Assembly: GCF_006345805.1 (NCBI RefSeq)
Contig: NC_042998.1
Span: forward strand, 81,716,001-81,780,000
DNA from: Octopus sinensis
Taxonomy: Eukaryota
Direction of reading: 5' to 3'
Length of the DNA stretch: 64,000 nucleotides
A program made the position numbers and the translations under genes. The notes below the pieces were generated by a model. The model ran no database searches, was not told where the DNA came from, and worked only from the letters and a program-made list of their open reading frames with translations. How positions within the stretch are numbered: position 1 is the stretch's first letter; the number at the start of each line of letters is the position of its first letter. This document shows positions 1 through 12,645 of the stretch, piece by piece.

Positions 1-1344
1 GATGCAAATGGTTTTCTTGAATATGAATTTTCAAAGAAACATATCACCGTGTCGAATTCCTTGTTAAGCTTGCAAGCATTTTTTTCAGCAAACTTTAGAA
101 AAACAGTTTATGTAGCGAATCATTCTATTTCTGTTTGAACGTTTCCATAAATTCTGCCTCTTCGTCAACATACACAAGAGTATTTTTCTTTTCAGCCTTC
201 GAAATAAATTTACATACTACAATCTGCTTTGAGCCAGCCTTGATTTCCCTGTCAATAATATGAAAATGGGTGTACTTAAAATAACTCACCTTATACAGAA
301 TCTTGCTCCATCTGCGTAATAGAAGTAATCATTTTGATATTTCCTACCGTGACATATCACTATTCACCCGAATTTAGTTTTCTCTTAGTTTTTCTTTCCT
401 TTTTATTCATAGTGGCAGCCGGTTGCAATCAATTGTTAGCAGCATATTTTTACTTACAATAGAACCAGAACTATAATCTAATGTGATTATTTAGTGACAT
501 GAATTCGTGTCCTTAAATTTCTCCCTTTATTAAAATTTTTCTTCAATCGTTTCTATACCAATTCAAGAATATGAATTTACTACGTATAAAGTATCAAACA
601 TTATAACATTAAAAAAAAAATAACATAGTGAACAAATGGCAACACCCTCACAAGACTCACACTCATGACAGTTAGCGCCTGATGGGTGTCTTCTGAATAC
701 TTACAACTTTGAGAATATATTCTTAATGTTGTAAATTTGCAGCTGCCCGAAGTGAACGACTTACGATAAACATATCCAGCTCATTGCTGCACAAAATTAT
801 GGGCATTTGGCATTACTTTTGCTACATGCTATTTGTATTGTTTTGAAACTGATGTCAGGAATGTTATGTACACATTGGTCTCTTTGTATGCTAAATTCTC
901 ATAGAATGTTCACGTTGTTATTTTTAAAGACTGGTAACACTTTATGTGCATAACACAGGAAGCTACTGAAATTTGGTGGCTATGCATATGTAGATCACCT
1001 ATGCAACCTTACTGTGAATCGAAGTATATTTTTTGGGAGGCAGTGTTGCAGATACAACGTTGTGTATTTTATCAGTTCTGTGCTCCACAGATGACAGCTG
1101 TCATTGGTATTGAAGGGCTAATGCATATTTCATTCAATATAAACTTGAAGTTGATTATCTGCTCTAGTAGCGCTATTGATGATATTTCAGCTGTTTCATT
1201 CCTGTTGGTTTTATTCACCCTGACTAGAGTTTTAGAATTTATATACAACCAACTCGACGAAGAACTGGTCATATGTAAATAATAGGCTTTATCTTGTTTA
1301 ACACGGTTAACCTATATGTCACCAGTATGTTCATTTTCCTTGTT

Positions 1345-1575
1345 ATTCTTTTACTTGCTTCAGTCATTTCTTAAAGAGATTTTTTTAGTGGAAGAAATCG
1401 AACCCAGGACTTATCTTTTATAAGCCTAGCACGTATTCTATCAGTCCCCTTTGCCGACGTAAACACATCAACATCGGTTGTGAAGCGATAGTGAGGGGAC
1501 AAACACAGACGCAAAGGCGCGAACACACGTACACACAAATATGTGCGTATGTGTGTGTTTGTGTATGTGTGTATA
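1345..1575 (-). mobile_element. Degenerate SINE family A fragment (3' half)
   Basis: Reverse complement resembles 16620-16830 (acgtaaacacatcaacatcggttgtgaagcgat...ggggacaaacacagacgc). Confidence 0.6.
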
Positions 1576-3644
1576 AATTCTAGCTTTTTGATGTCCTATC
1601 CATCATCATCCCATCCCAGAATCCTAATGTTGCAGGTAAAATCGTATTATTGCCTTATTTATGGCTGTAATCATCAAATACATGAGCAACAAGGCTTTCT
1701 TGCGATTAGAAAAGACATCAAAATATTTCTTATATTGCTTCTTAGCGCTCAATCGTTTCAAATTAATCTTTCTTCTCGGGATTAGTATTGCTTACTAAAT
1801 TTCTCATATAATATAAAAGTTAGGATTATTAAGCTTAAGTCCAGTACGAAAAAGATATATGTTATAGCTGGTAGTGGAAATAGTGTTAATCACACTTATA
1901 GTATTATTGCTATTGAGATGAACTTAAAAAATGATTTTTATCTACCAAAACTTTCTTTTTAATTCCTGATCGCAGAGCTTTCACACACGGTTTACACTTA
2001 TTTATTTCAAAGTATTTTTTAAAAGAAAGATGAACGTTCTCTCACTTCGATTATCTCCTCTCCATTTACAAGCCATCTGTTCCACTTGCCACTTCATATT
2101 GTCATCTTTTTGCATTTATCTAATACGAAAGACTAAGCCATTTTCAAAATTACTGGATAATACTGAAGAGACTCTAAAGTTGAAGGCAATTAATTATGTA
2201 AAGTCCTAGGTCATCTCTGAAGAAGAGGTAATGGATGAGCTTAACTAGCACATGACAATTACTTCCTTGAAATTCTTTTATGTGCTAACTTAACTGTAAA
2301 AACTATTATTCAAAATAAAAACTAGAAGCATTGTCTCCTTGGAATATCCAAGTAAATATTCTTGTTATGATGGAGTTAAGTCATCGTGCCGTTTGCGAAC
2401 GTAAGATCTTTGTATCGCTTCATTGTTGGCATCATAAAATATATGTACTTCGAGGGTTGTGACATGAATCTCACCTGGGAGCGAATCAAAGAATCTTTTG
2501 CAATCGAATTAGGAAACTGACTTTTGTTTTTTTTTTTTTAAACTATCGAATGCCATCCTGTTAACATGGAATTGATGAATATTCCTGTAGGAATCAAGCA
2601 TAGTCCTATTCTACATTTATTTTGTTGTAAAGCGCTTTAGAGGTAAGGTTATAAATTACCGACACACAAGCGATAGAGTTGTTAAGTTTAATAGATGGAC
2701 AGTTTGTTGGTTCTAGGAGGTCTTTTCGAGACAAAAGACCTTACAGCAATAAGTACCAATATGACATACAGTGAGAAAATATGTAATTACTTCTACTGGA
2801 TATTTTAGAAGAATACTATATGTAGATATAATCTTGTAGTGTTATGTGTCTAGTGACAATTACCAAAGTGATTTTAGGTTCATGTTGTTATGCTTTATCC
2901 AGATTTGGAAGCTGTTTAAAGAAAGTCTAAGCTCAGATTGGAAGAGATTTTTTGTTAGAATTTCTATAGTCGCCGCTTATTCTTCTAAATAGCTATTGCT
3001 TCTAATATTCTTGACTTTGAGGTACTGATTAAGAATGAAATGAGGCCACATTTTAAACTGCATTAAAGGAACAGAATAACATTACACGCTTCAGGCAGAC
3101 TACGAAGCGTTATATTTCAGGATGAAGATGACAGCCCTTCCATGTTCTTTATAACACAACGGCTGCTGTAGGATTATTTTGGAATCTACAGCTGTCTGTA
3201 ATCTATAGAAGAGAGGTACCCTAGAAGTGTGTAATCAGGTGTGTACAGGGTAAATTTTCTTAAAATCATTAATTAATGAAGAGATAATTATTTGACGTAT
3301 CTAAGTAGATATAAGTATGCGGCTGAGTGGTGAAATATTTCGTAGGCAACCACATAGTTTCGGCTTCAGATCTACATCAGGGTACGGAGAATTCTGCAAA
3401 AGAAAAGCATTGCAATTTATAAATCTATAATTCATTCAATTATATACTTTGTACTGACATTCCCACCACTATTTGTTTTTCTAGTCATTTGGATGTAAAG
3501 CTCCACACATCTTTTAACATTTACTGTTTTCTTCTCAGGATCAATAAAATAAGAACCAGTTCAACACTGGGTCGAGGTTTTCAATTACCCCTCCTGAAAT
3601 TCTTGGTCTTCTGTTAAAATTTAAAACCATTATTATCATAATTA

Positions 3645-4135
3645 TGAGGTTTTCTTTCAATTGTATTTTCGTTTTTTGCCGAATGTCTTCCCGACTCCTA
3701 GGAAAAGAAAACCCAGTGTATATATTGATACACCACTAAACACACATCAGACTTGTCCCTTGTAACCATTGGTATGTTAGATTTTTTTCAATGTCTGACT
3801 TGGACAGGCGGTTAGCGTATTTTCCATGCAGGAGTTTACCTTTTCATTTGTCTTCGATATTATTCATGCAATATTTCCTTGATTTTTGTTTGATGTATTT
3901 TGCACCAATGATAGGTTTGTCACTTTTTGGATCTCATTTATCTGATTATTAATTTCTAAACCAGGAGAAGCAATAGTTGATCTATCAGTATTTGGGTGTC
4001 TTTGGGCGTCCTTATTGTTAAATTGTGTGCAAGAGACATTTTAAATTTCTTACTAAGCTTCATGACTGAAGCTAGTTTGAACTTTTCATGCTTCAGTGCA
4101 GTTCGTAAGAGCACATCACTTGTTGTATTAAGATA
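3645..4135 (-). mobile_element. Decayed 3' fragment of an R4/Dong-like non-LTR retrotransposon
   Basis: Start resembles the 3' UTR at 22453 and 26665 (tttctttcaa...ttgccgaatgtcttccc). Bounded by TTA and TTC repeats. Confidence 0.5.
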
Positions 4136-4137
4136 TG

Positions 4138-4165
4138 TTTCTTCTTCTTCTTCTTCTTCTTCTTT

Positions 4166-4196
<31 letters not shown>

Positions 4197-4211
4197 TTAT
4201 TATTATTATTC

Positions 4212-4245
<34 letters not shown>

Positions 4246-4246
4246 A

Positions 4247-4295
<49 letters not shown>

Positions 4296-4297
4296 TG

Positions 4298-4350
<53 letters not shown>
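4138..4350. repeat. Compound microsatellite (TTC)n-(TTA)n-(AAT)n
   Basis: Directly visible; explains the homopolymeric ORFs here. Confidence 0.97.
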
Positions 4351-4689
4351 CATTTTATGGTATCAAGACATCTTAAATTGTTTACAATCTCTGCCGCCAC
4401 TCCCAAATATTATCACACTTAGAGATTTGATAGTTTGCCGAGTACGTGAAACAGAACCTGACTTGTGGTTACCTGAACGTACATATGTAAAATATTCACT
4501 GGCTGTGTTCGAAAGGAGAGTTAATAAAACCTGTTACTGCAGTGGTTGTGAAAAGTTTGAAGGATAAAACATAATTTGGTTAGTGAGTGCGGTTGCACAG
4601 AAATTGTGTTTTTACAAAACGAAGTAAGATTTTCTGATAACATCATTAATTAGGGACGACTGACGGAAAGATGTATTTTTATTGCCATT

Positions 4690-4832
4690 AGCATATATGT
4701 ATATATGTCTATGTGTATGCACACACGCAAGCGAGAATATACATTTAATGACACGAGAAATAGCTACACTATTAGACCGATATATATGAGCACACACATA
4801 TACATACACAGACAAATACATATGTATATATA

Positions 4833-4865
<33 letters not shown>

Positions 4866-4887
4866 CATGCATACATACACATATATG

Positions 4888-4953
<66 letters not shown>

Positions 4954-4982
4954 CACAAATTGACAGAGAGAGAGAGAGAAAG
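4690..4982. repeat. (TA)n/(CA)n/(GA)n compound microsatellite
   Basis: Directly visible. Confidence 0.9.
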
Positions 4983-5521
4983 CTAACCACGCGGACAGAC
5001 GGATAAATTGAAAACTACGTAGCTAGCTAGATATATAGATATATAGATATACATGGAGAGAGGTAGACGCCGGTGTATATAGTAGTTATATTGTAAGAGT
5101 GTATTATTGAAGAGGGTGTAATATTATTTAGTGTTTTGTGAACGGTGAGTGAGGTTTAATGGAAGTAAAAGCGTAATGTTACATAGAATAATTGTGTAAC
5201 ACACATATCTGTATCGGCGAAACTAGGTTTCACAATATAAGTGATAGTCGGATGAGATGGTGGTTTAATGGAAGTATAAAGACGATATATGATACAGTAC
5301 AATGCAGCCTTAATGCTAGTCGAGGTTCAGCAGAAGTGTTAATGTAGAACTGATATATTGTGGTAGAGATTTCAATGCATTAACATCATGTGAGTTCATA
5401 GTGTGTATTCGTACGTATGAGTACATGATGGAAAGTGGGTCCTGCGCCATTGGAATACATATATGGGGCCCAAGTTAGTATCTAAGGGCCCCATCCCCTG
5501 AAGTTTGAGAATTATTTATTC

Positions 5522-5627
5522 ACTGCTGGTGGCGTCATTTGGAGGCTAAAACAATGCGAAGCGCATTGTGGCCAGCGATGTGTAGCAACATCTGATAGCC
5601 TGGTCGGTCACGGTGATCACGGTGATA
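5522..5627 (+). mobile_element. 3' fragment of SINE family D (tail ...ggtcacggtgatcacggtgat)
   Basis: Matches the reverse complement of 9235-9340. Confidence 0.8.
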
Positions 5628-6465
5628 TATATATATATAGGAGAGGAACATTATAAAAAGGCAGAATGCCAAATTGAAGGTGAATTTTAATAAAAATGGG
5701 TGTAAAGTGAGCACAGGAGAGGTAATTTCTGCAATTGAGTAGAATGAATGCGAGGGTTTGCATGGTCAATAACAGAGATCAGTAAACAAGAATAGTGTCC
5801 AAAACGTGTCTGAATTAAAGCTGTTGGGGTAATGAATGCCCGACACATGATGTTCTACATTCCAATTCCTTAATCTCATGCATTTAATCATATAACGAAA
5901 AGATGCTTATATTTCCTGACAGTGGTATCATTGTGATGTTTTATTCTTTAATTTTTTACCCCCATAAATATGTTATCGAGAATTATAAGCTTGTTTTTTG
6001 TTTCAAAACCTATTTTGGTTCCTCATGAGAGAAATTCTATATTTTGTATGGAATTTTATGTGTAGTTCACTGCAGTTATTTGTGATAGTAATAATTTTCT
6101 CCCTTTCAAACTATTAAAACTGCAGCATTTATAATTTATATATGAAATAAAAAAATAAGATAAATAATATACGAAACATATTGTGCCTATTCAACATAAA
6201 AAAAATTGCTTTGATATTTTGAATCGCCCTTATCTCTTTAAAACCTAGAATCAGCTGATTGTCATTTGCTAATGCACCCCCCACCACATACACACAAAAG
6301 CACACGCACATATATATATATATGTGTGTGTGCGCGCGCGTGTGCGTGTGTGCGTGTGTATATATTTGCACTGATGTTATGCATATGCACATATATATAT
6401 ACATGTACGTATACACACAGACTCATAGACACACAAATACACAACACACATATGCACATATGAAT

Positions 6466-6533
<68 letters not shown>

Positions 6534-6851
6534 TCGTGTATTTATATATGTATGTATGCTTGTATGAAAATATATTCTTACACATGAATAATAGAAACTT
6601 CCAAATTAAGAAAATTCATATTCACCTGTATATGAATGAAAGAATTCAGTGTTACGATGCCAGGTTATAAATCTGAAAGAAGTGTATCTTGAAAATTGAA
6701 TCCTGATAAATTAAAGTTAAAAATTTGATAGAATTTTGAATACTCTTATCACTTGACTTACCTTAAGAAAGTTTGCTCCATATTTTACGTGTACATACGC
6801 TCAAAGTAGATTGGTGATAGCGAATGTATATAAGATAACAAGTTTAAAGTA

Positions 6852-7725
6852 TTGGGTCATCACATAAATTATGCGTTTTTTTCAATTGCATGAGCTAAAA
6901 GTCGTGGGGTGGTATAAACTACCTGCATCAACTTGCTATAATACCAGGGAGTAATTTTTGCATTGTCCTTATTGTTAGTGAAAGTTTTGAAGAGGACAGT
7001 TATCTTTTTCAAATCTATAATGGAAACTGACAAAGGGGCATATTCGGCATATTTTGCATTAAGAGTTTGATAAAGACAACAGCGCAACGGAAAATGCGAG
7101 GAATATTAATGCCGTAAATGGGGATCGGACAATAAGCGTAAGCTAGTGCAAATGGTAGTTCTAGAAATTCCGAGCTGGAAACTATAGCCTAGAAAACGAG
7201 GACGTCCTGCAAACCCTAGTGAAACAAAACCCCATCCTATCTGTTGAGGAACAAGCAGAGAAGCTTGAATTTCATTATTCTGCCAATCATTCAAGTTAGT
7301 GTTAGAAGAAAAACGACCATCTGGTTTCAAAACGAAAGGTGTTCTTCCATCCAAATAATGCTCGACTACATACAGCAAAGGAGAACATTCCAAAGCCTTG
7401 AACAGTTTGAATGGGAAACAATGTCTCACACACCATATTTGCCAAATATTGCCCCAGCTGATTATTATTTATTCCGCAGTTTTCAAAATCATTTATATGA
7501 AAAAAATATAAATTTTGTAGACGAGGTCAGAACAGTACTGGAGGAATATTTTTCGTCACGGACAAGTGAATATTGGAAGAAAGACTTTGCAAATCTATCA
7601 GATACATTGAAGAATATTGTAGAAAACGAGGGAGAGTATATTTTAGATTAAAAAAAACTTTGTCTATCTTAATTTTTAAAAATTACAGAAGTAGAAAAAA
7701 CTGCATTATTTTTGGGATGACACAA
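6852..7725 (+). mobile_element. Internally deleted mariner (Tc1/mariner) DNA transposon
   Basis: Imperfect ~30-bp TIRs (ttgggtcatcacataaattatgcgtttttt / aaaaaactgcattatttttgggatgacacaa), TA on both sides. ORF 7244-7651 carries HTPYLPNIAPADYYLF, the YSPDLAPxD-type motif. Confidence 0.88.
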
Positions 7726-8289
7726 TATAGGAACACTCACAAAATCTTCAGAAGAGTTGAACAATCGAAAGTACTTTATTAATTTTCTTGCTTAGAACGA
7801 ACATGTGTGTGTATATGTGAGTGTGTGTGTGCACCTGTATGTGCACGGGCGTGGGTGTGTACTTCATTGATTTCATTTATTCGACAATCTGTAGGTTAAT
7901 CAGCAAGTCGTTGGTCACCCACTTTACCTGATTGCCTGATAAGTCGGGGTTATATAACGTATTACATAATGTAACTAATTGTATAATGCTTACGTCAATG
8001 TTAAAACACTTAGTGAAACAATTGTACCAATACCAGATAAGTCATTCGCCTATTTTTTGCTTTTTTTTTGTTTTTACGCCACTCTTAAATTTCAATTGGG
8101 TTTTTTCGGATACTATTGCAGTTACAGATTAACAGTGACCATAATTTATCGATGCTTCCCCAACAAAGAAAATAGATTCCTTAACTATTTGCATTGAGTG
8201 ATTCTTCCTAGCCAATTAGTATCGTGCTTCAGCGTGATAATCCTTGACAGTTATAGTAAATAGAATTACAAAAATAACGTGTAAATATT

Positions 8290-8502
8290 ATTTTCTACTC
8301 TACGCACAAGACTCAAATTTTTGGGTAGGGGGCCAGTCGATTAGATCGACCCCAGAACGTAACTGGCACTTAATTTATCGGCCCTGAAAGGATAAAGGCA
8401 AAGTCCGCTTCGGCGGAATTTGAACTCAGAACATAAAGACACATGAAACACCGCTAAGCATTTCGCCCGGTGTGCTGACATTTCTGCCAGCTGGCCGCCT
8501 TA
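8290..8502 (-). mobile_element. SINE family B monomer (tRNA-like head, MetaSINE-like core)
   Basis: Reverse complement of the family at 11591 and 32126. Confidence 0.85.
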
Positions 8503-8730
8503 TAATGTGTGAGTATTGCCTTACAAAAAATCTGGATGAAATAGTCGATGACAAACCTTGAGCCACGTACTTACATGTCCCGGAAACATGGCATGCGTAT
8601 GCGTTCTATCACTGGGTTTTTAACCCACTACTTAGATGCTATAATTTTTAGTTTCGTTTGCATCGGGTTAAACCTTTCCAAGAAGAACTATTTCGCGCTC
8701 TCTAGACGTTTCTACAATATTTCAAAGGCA

Positions 8731-8810
<80 letters not shown>

Positions 8811-8812
8811 AG

Positions 8813-9002
8813 GTGTGTTATGAGTATTATAGCATATAATTCTATATAAATTCAACTAAGTTAAAACGTGAAGAGATGTTAAAAGTTTTTATAAGGTTTT
8901 ATAATGTATTAAGCTTTATAAAAACTGTTAACATCTCTTCTCCATGTTTAACTGTTAATTAAGTTTATATAGGATTATATACTATATATGCTCATAATAC
9001 AC
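8813..9002. repeat. Imperfect ~90-bp inverted repeat next to (TA)n
   Basis: gtgtgttatgag...gaagagatgttaaaagtttttataa pairs with ttataaaaactgttaacatctcttc...ctcataatacac. Confidence 0.8.
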
Positions 9003-9234
9003 TTTTTACTTGTCATATTTTCATATTTTGCACACTTGTAATAGCAAGCTACTACTTTGATATGAAGAATCTTTATTAGAAATCTAATGTTTTGCACCCT
9101 CCCCCACAAAGTTCACCATGCTTCACTTGAACTAAACCTTTCTCACACAAACACACATATATGTATATATACATATATCTACACACATATATATATATAC
9201 ATGTATATATATATATATATATGTATGTATATAT

Positions 9235-9547
9235 ATCACCGTGATCACCGTGACCGACCAGGCTATCCGATGTTGCTACATATCACTGGTCACAATGCGC
9301 TTCACATTGCTTTAGCCTTCAAATGACGACACTTCGCTGGCTAAGCGAGCAAGCCAACAGAAGAAAGTGTGAGACAAAATTGTGGCGAAAGTGTACAGCA
9401 GGGATCGCCCCCCCCCCTGCCGGAGCCTCGTAGAGCTTTAGGTGTTTTCGCTCAATAAACACTCAAAACGACCTGTCTGGGAATCGAATCCGCGATCCTA
9501 CAACCGCGAGTCCACTGCCCTAACCAATGGACCATTGTGCCTCCACA
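9235..9547 (-). mobile_element. Full-length SINE family D inserted in (TA)n
   Basis: Minus strand starts tgtggaggcacaatggtccattggttagg...ggattcgattccc (Pol III A/B box-like) and ends in a duplicated cacggtgat tail. Confidence 0.85.
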
Positions 9548-9550
9548 ATG

Positions 9551-9641
<91 letters not shown>

Positions 9642-9671
9642 AAAAAGGAGATGTGGAACACGAGTTGAGAG

Positions 9672-9892
9672 ATATAAAAAAGGAAATGAAGAAAATGCTG
9701 ACAAAATAATTTAAGTAATTTAATTAGGTGAAAGTTCTTTTTACCGGTTGCGCATTTGTTATGCTTATCAGAGGAAAAAACTTTTGATAAGCATAACAAA
9801 TGCGCAACCGGTAAAAAGAACTTTCACCTAATTAAATTACTTAAATTACTTAAATTATTTTGTCAGCATTTTCTTCATTTCCTTTTTTATAT
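9672..9892. repeat. Near-perfect ~100-bp-arm hairpin in (TA)n containing a variant hammerhead motif
   Basis: Arms 9672-9770 and 9785-9892 are reverse complements apart from a 9-bp duplication; 14-nt loop. Confidence 0.92.
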
Positions 9893-9913
9893 ATATAGAT
9901 AGATAGATAGATA

Positions 9914-10920
9914 TGTTTCTTTATTAGCCACACAGGGCTGCACACAGACAGAACAAATTACAAGGTAGAGCTTTTCTTTTGGGGGTAAAAAGAGGGGGTT
10001 GGTTTTCGATCAAAAGGGATCGTAAAAGTAAAGAAAGAGGACAAAAAAAAGGGAGGATTTATAAAAAAAGGGGGGAAAGGGAAAAAAAGAAAAGGGGAGA
10101 GGAAAAAAAAGTTGATCAATAGGGATCGTTATCACAGAAATGTCAGTATGAAGTGTAAAGGGGAGGACAGGTGAGGTTTACCCGTGGAAAGACAAGCCTA
10201 CGGAAAAGACCACGGTAACCTCGGTCAATGAAGTCACATGTTATATTCCTTTTTTTTTTGCAAATAAGCAACTCTCTGTATTCATTTTTACGGTTCATAG
10301 AATCATAGTCAAGGTGGCTTCGTTATTCATACGTGCCATCCTTGCTACATTCACCCATCTTTTTTTAAAACATTCACTAGACAAAACTTGCCTCTCTACT
10401 CTCACTTTCCTCTTCAAGTGATACTTGAAGAAGTTGATGAGAGATTGACCAGAGAGGAAAGTGTTTGTCTCTAATCCTTTCAGGCGCGTCCACCAGATAC
10501 ATTCTTTCACCATAGCCACAAGTATGATAAAAACAGCTCTTCCTTCCCGTTTGAAGGAAGGAGGCGTGACGATATTAACGATAGACTCGGCTGATAAACC
10601 GACACGTCCCACACGTGACAGCAGTCGTTCGACATAAGCCCACAGGTCGGAAATTGCTGGACACTGCACGATTGCGTGCAGAGCGGTTTCGTCGCTCTGC
10701 CCGCATCTCGGGCAGGTCGGCCCCGTGTTTCTCGAGCCATGCCTATAGAGCTTATCCCGAACGGGTAGCGCTTCTCGGTAGCACCGTCAGGCCAGGGATC
10801 TCTGGAAGTTGTCCATAGGTCCCGGGCCGAAAGTCGTTTGAAATAGGCGGGTCAGGTATTCCTCGTCGACGCCCAGGTTTGCCCCGAGATCGTCGTCGTA
10901 CCTCCCCTCCACTAATCCCC
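9914..10920 (-). mobile_element. 5'-truncated Tx1/L1-clade LINE (ORF2 C-terminus + 3' UTR)
   Basis: Peptides TFGPGPMDNFQRSLA and LSAESIVNIVTPP...KKRW align with the C-terminus of ORF2 at 42550-45951. 18-bp direct repeat tagatagatagatagata at 9896-9913 and 10921-10938. Confidence 0.92.
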
Positions 10921-11590
10921 TAGATAGATAGATAGATACATACATACATACATACATACATAGACAGATTGACAGATAGATATATAGAGAGTCAGAGAGA
11001 TGAACAGATAGATAGACAGATAAATGTATATAAATATACATAGATGCATACACACATAGGCACACATACACACACACACACTCCACACACACAATCACAC
11101 ACTGAAATACACATTCACATATATTCTTTTTAAGCAAGAAATATAATAAATAGTTCCTCATATGTTCTATAGCTAAATAAATTATTTGTACTTATTTTAA
11201 GGTCTATTTTTGTACTGCAGTTTCAAGTTTGAAAGTTACTAAATTTTAAATGTAAAAGATTATACAATTTATGTGTTTGATTTAAATATTTATATATATC
11301 GAGCAGTTATAAATTCAAATAATAGAATCTTTAAATTTCTTTCATATCTAATGAGAACTTCAGATTAATCTCTGATTTAGAATTTCGCTTATCTCGTGGA
11401 ATATTAAAGAAATTGAGCATGAAATACAAAAGTAGAAAAATAAGTTTCTTCATTTTGTATATTTACCCTACCATTAAAAATGAATGCTAATGCTCTGCTA
11501 CTGTCTTCTTTTTAAGAAGTGGTACTCTTATTCTTTCTATTCAATTGAAAATTGATGTGATAGAAACGTATTAGGAAAGTAAGCATATTA

Positions 11591-12150
11591 AGGCGGTGAG
11601 CTGGCAGAAACGTTAGCACGCCGGGCGAAATGCTTAGCAGTATTTCGCCTGCCGTTACGTTCTGAGTTCAAATTCCGCCGAGGTCGACTTTGCCTTTCAT
11701 CCTTTCGAGGTCGATAAATTAAGTACTAGTTACGCACTGGGGTCGATGTAATCGACTTAATCCGTTTGTCTGTCCTTGTTTGTCCCCTTTGTGTTTAACC
11801 ACTTGTGGATAGTAAAGAAATAGGTATTTCGCCTGCCTTTACGTTCTGAGATCAAATTCCGCCGAGGTCGACTTTGCCTTTCATCCATTAGGGGTCGATG
11901 AATTAATTGTCAGTTGCGTACTAGGGTCGATCTAATCGACAGGCCCTCTCCCCCAAAATGTTTGGCCATGTGCCTAGAATAGAAGTGAATATTATTTTTA
12001 CGTTCTGGTTTCAAATTCTGCCGAACTCAACTTTTCTTTTCATCCTTTCGGGGTCGATAAATTAAGTACCAGTTGCGTACTGGGGTCGATCTAACCCACT
12101 GGCCCCCTCCCCAAAATCATTTCAGGCCTTGTGCCTAGAGTAGAAAAGAA
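11591..12150 (+). mobile_element. SINE family B trimer
   Basis: Head aggcggtgagctggcagaaacgttagcacg, then three copies of gagttcaaattccgccgaggtcgactttgcctttcatcc...gtcgat. Confidence 0.9.
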
Positions 12151-12405
12151 AAGCAAGAATATTTCGAAATGAAACTTTTGAAATGTAACATGTATTTTGA
12201 TAACATCGAAAATTACGTTACATTTTATGGACAATGGAAACCTAAAAGCGAAAGTTACACAGATTATTGTATCAGGCTGGTGAAATAAAGAAGAAAATAC
12301 ATGATGCCATATGCCTGCTAAATGTAACAATGGTTGTTATACTAGAAATGTGTGTATTTGTTTTTAAATCATAGCTCCATTTGTGTTCATTTCTTTTGAC
12401 CAATC

Positions 12406-12458
<53 letters not shown>

Positions 12459-12599
12459 TCCTTTATTTATATAATATCGAGGTCTCATTCTTTTCTTGTC
12501 ATTTTATCATTATTATTATTATTGTTATTATTATTATTATTATTGTTGTTGTTGTTGTTGTTGTTGTTATTATTATTAATATTTATGTATATATATATG

Positions 12600-12645
<46 letters not shown>

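Noticed and set aside
1-1300. Possible host exons (ORF 944-1282; gtgagt...ttgacag on the minus strand near 250-290)
   Set aside because: No recognisable domain, stops in the adjacent frames and an implausibly short intron; more likely decayed repeat sequence.
2155-2285. Two CTGAAGA...GAA(A/G) hammerhead-like strings
   Set aside because: Stem II is plausible but stems I and III and the cleavage triplet cannot be formed convincingly.
9470-9547. tRNA gene calls for SINE heads (also 16344, 11591, 51000)
   Set aside because: No complete cloverleaf; each continues into a SINE body and tail.
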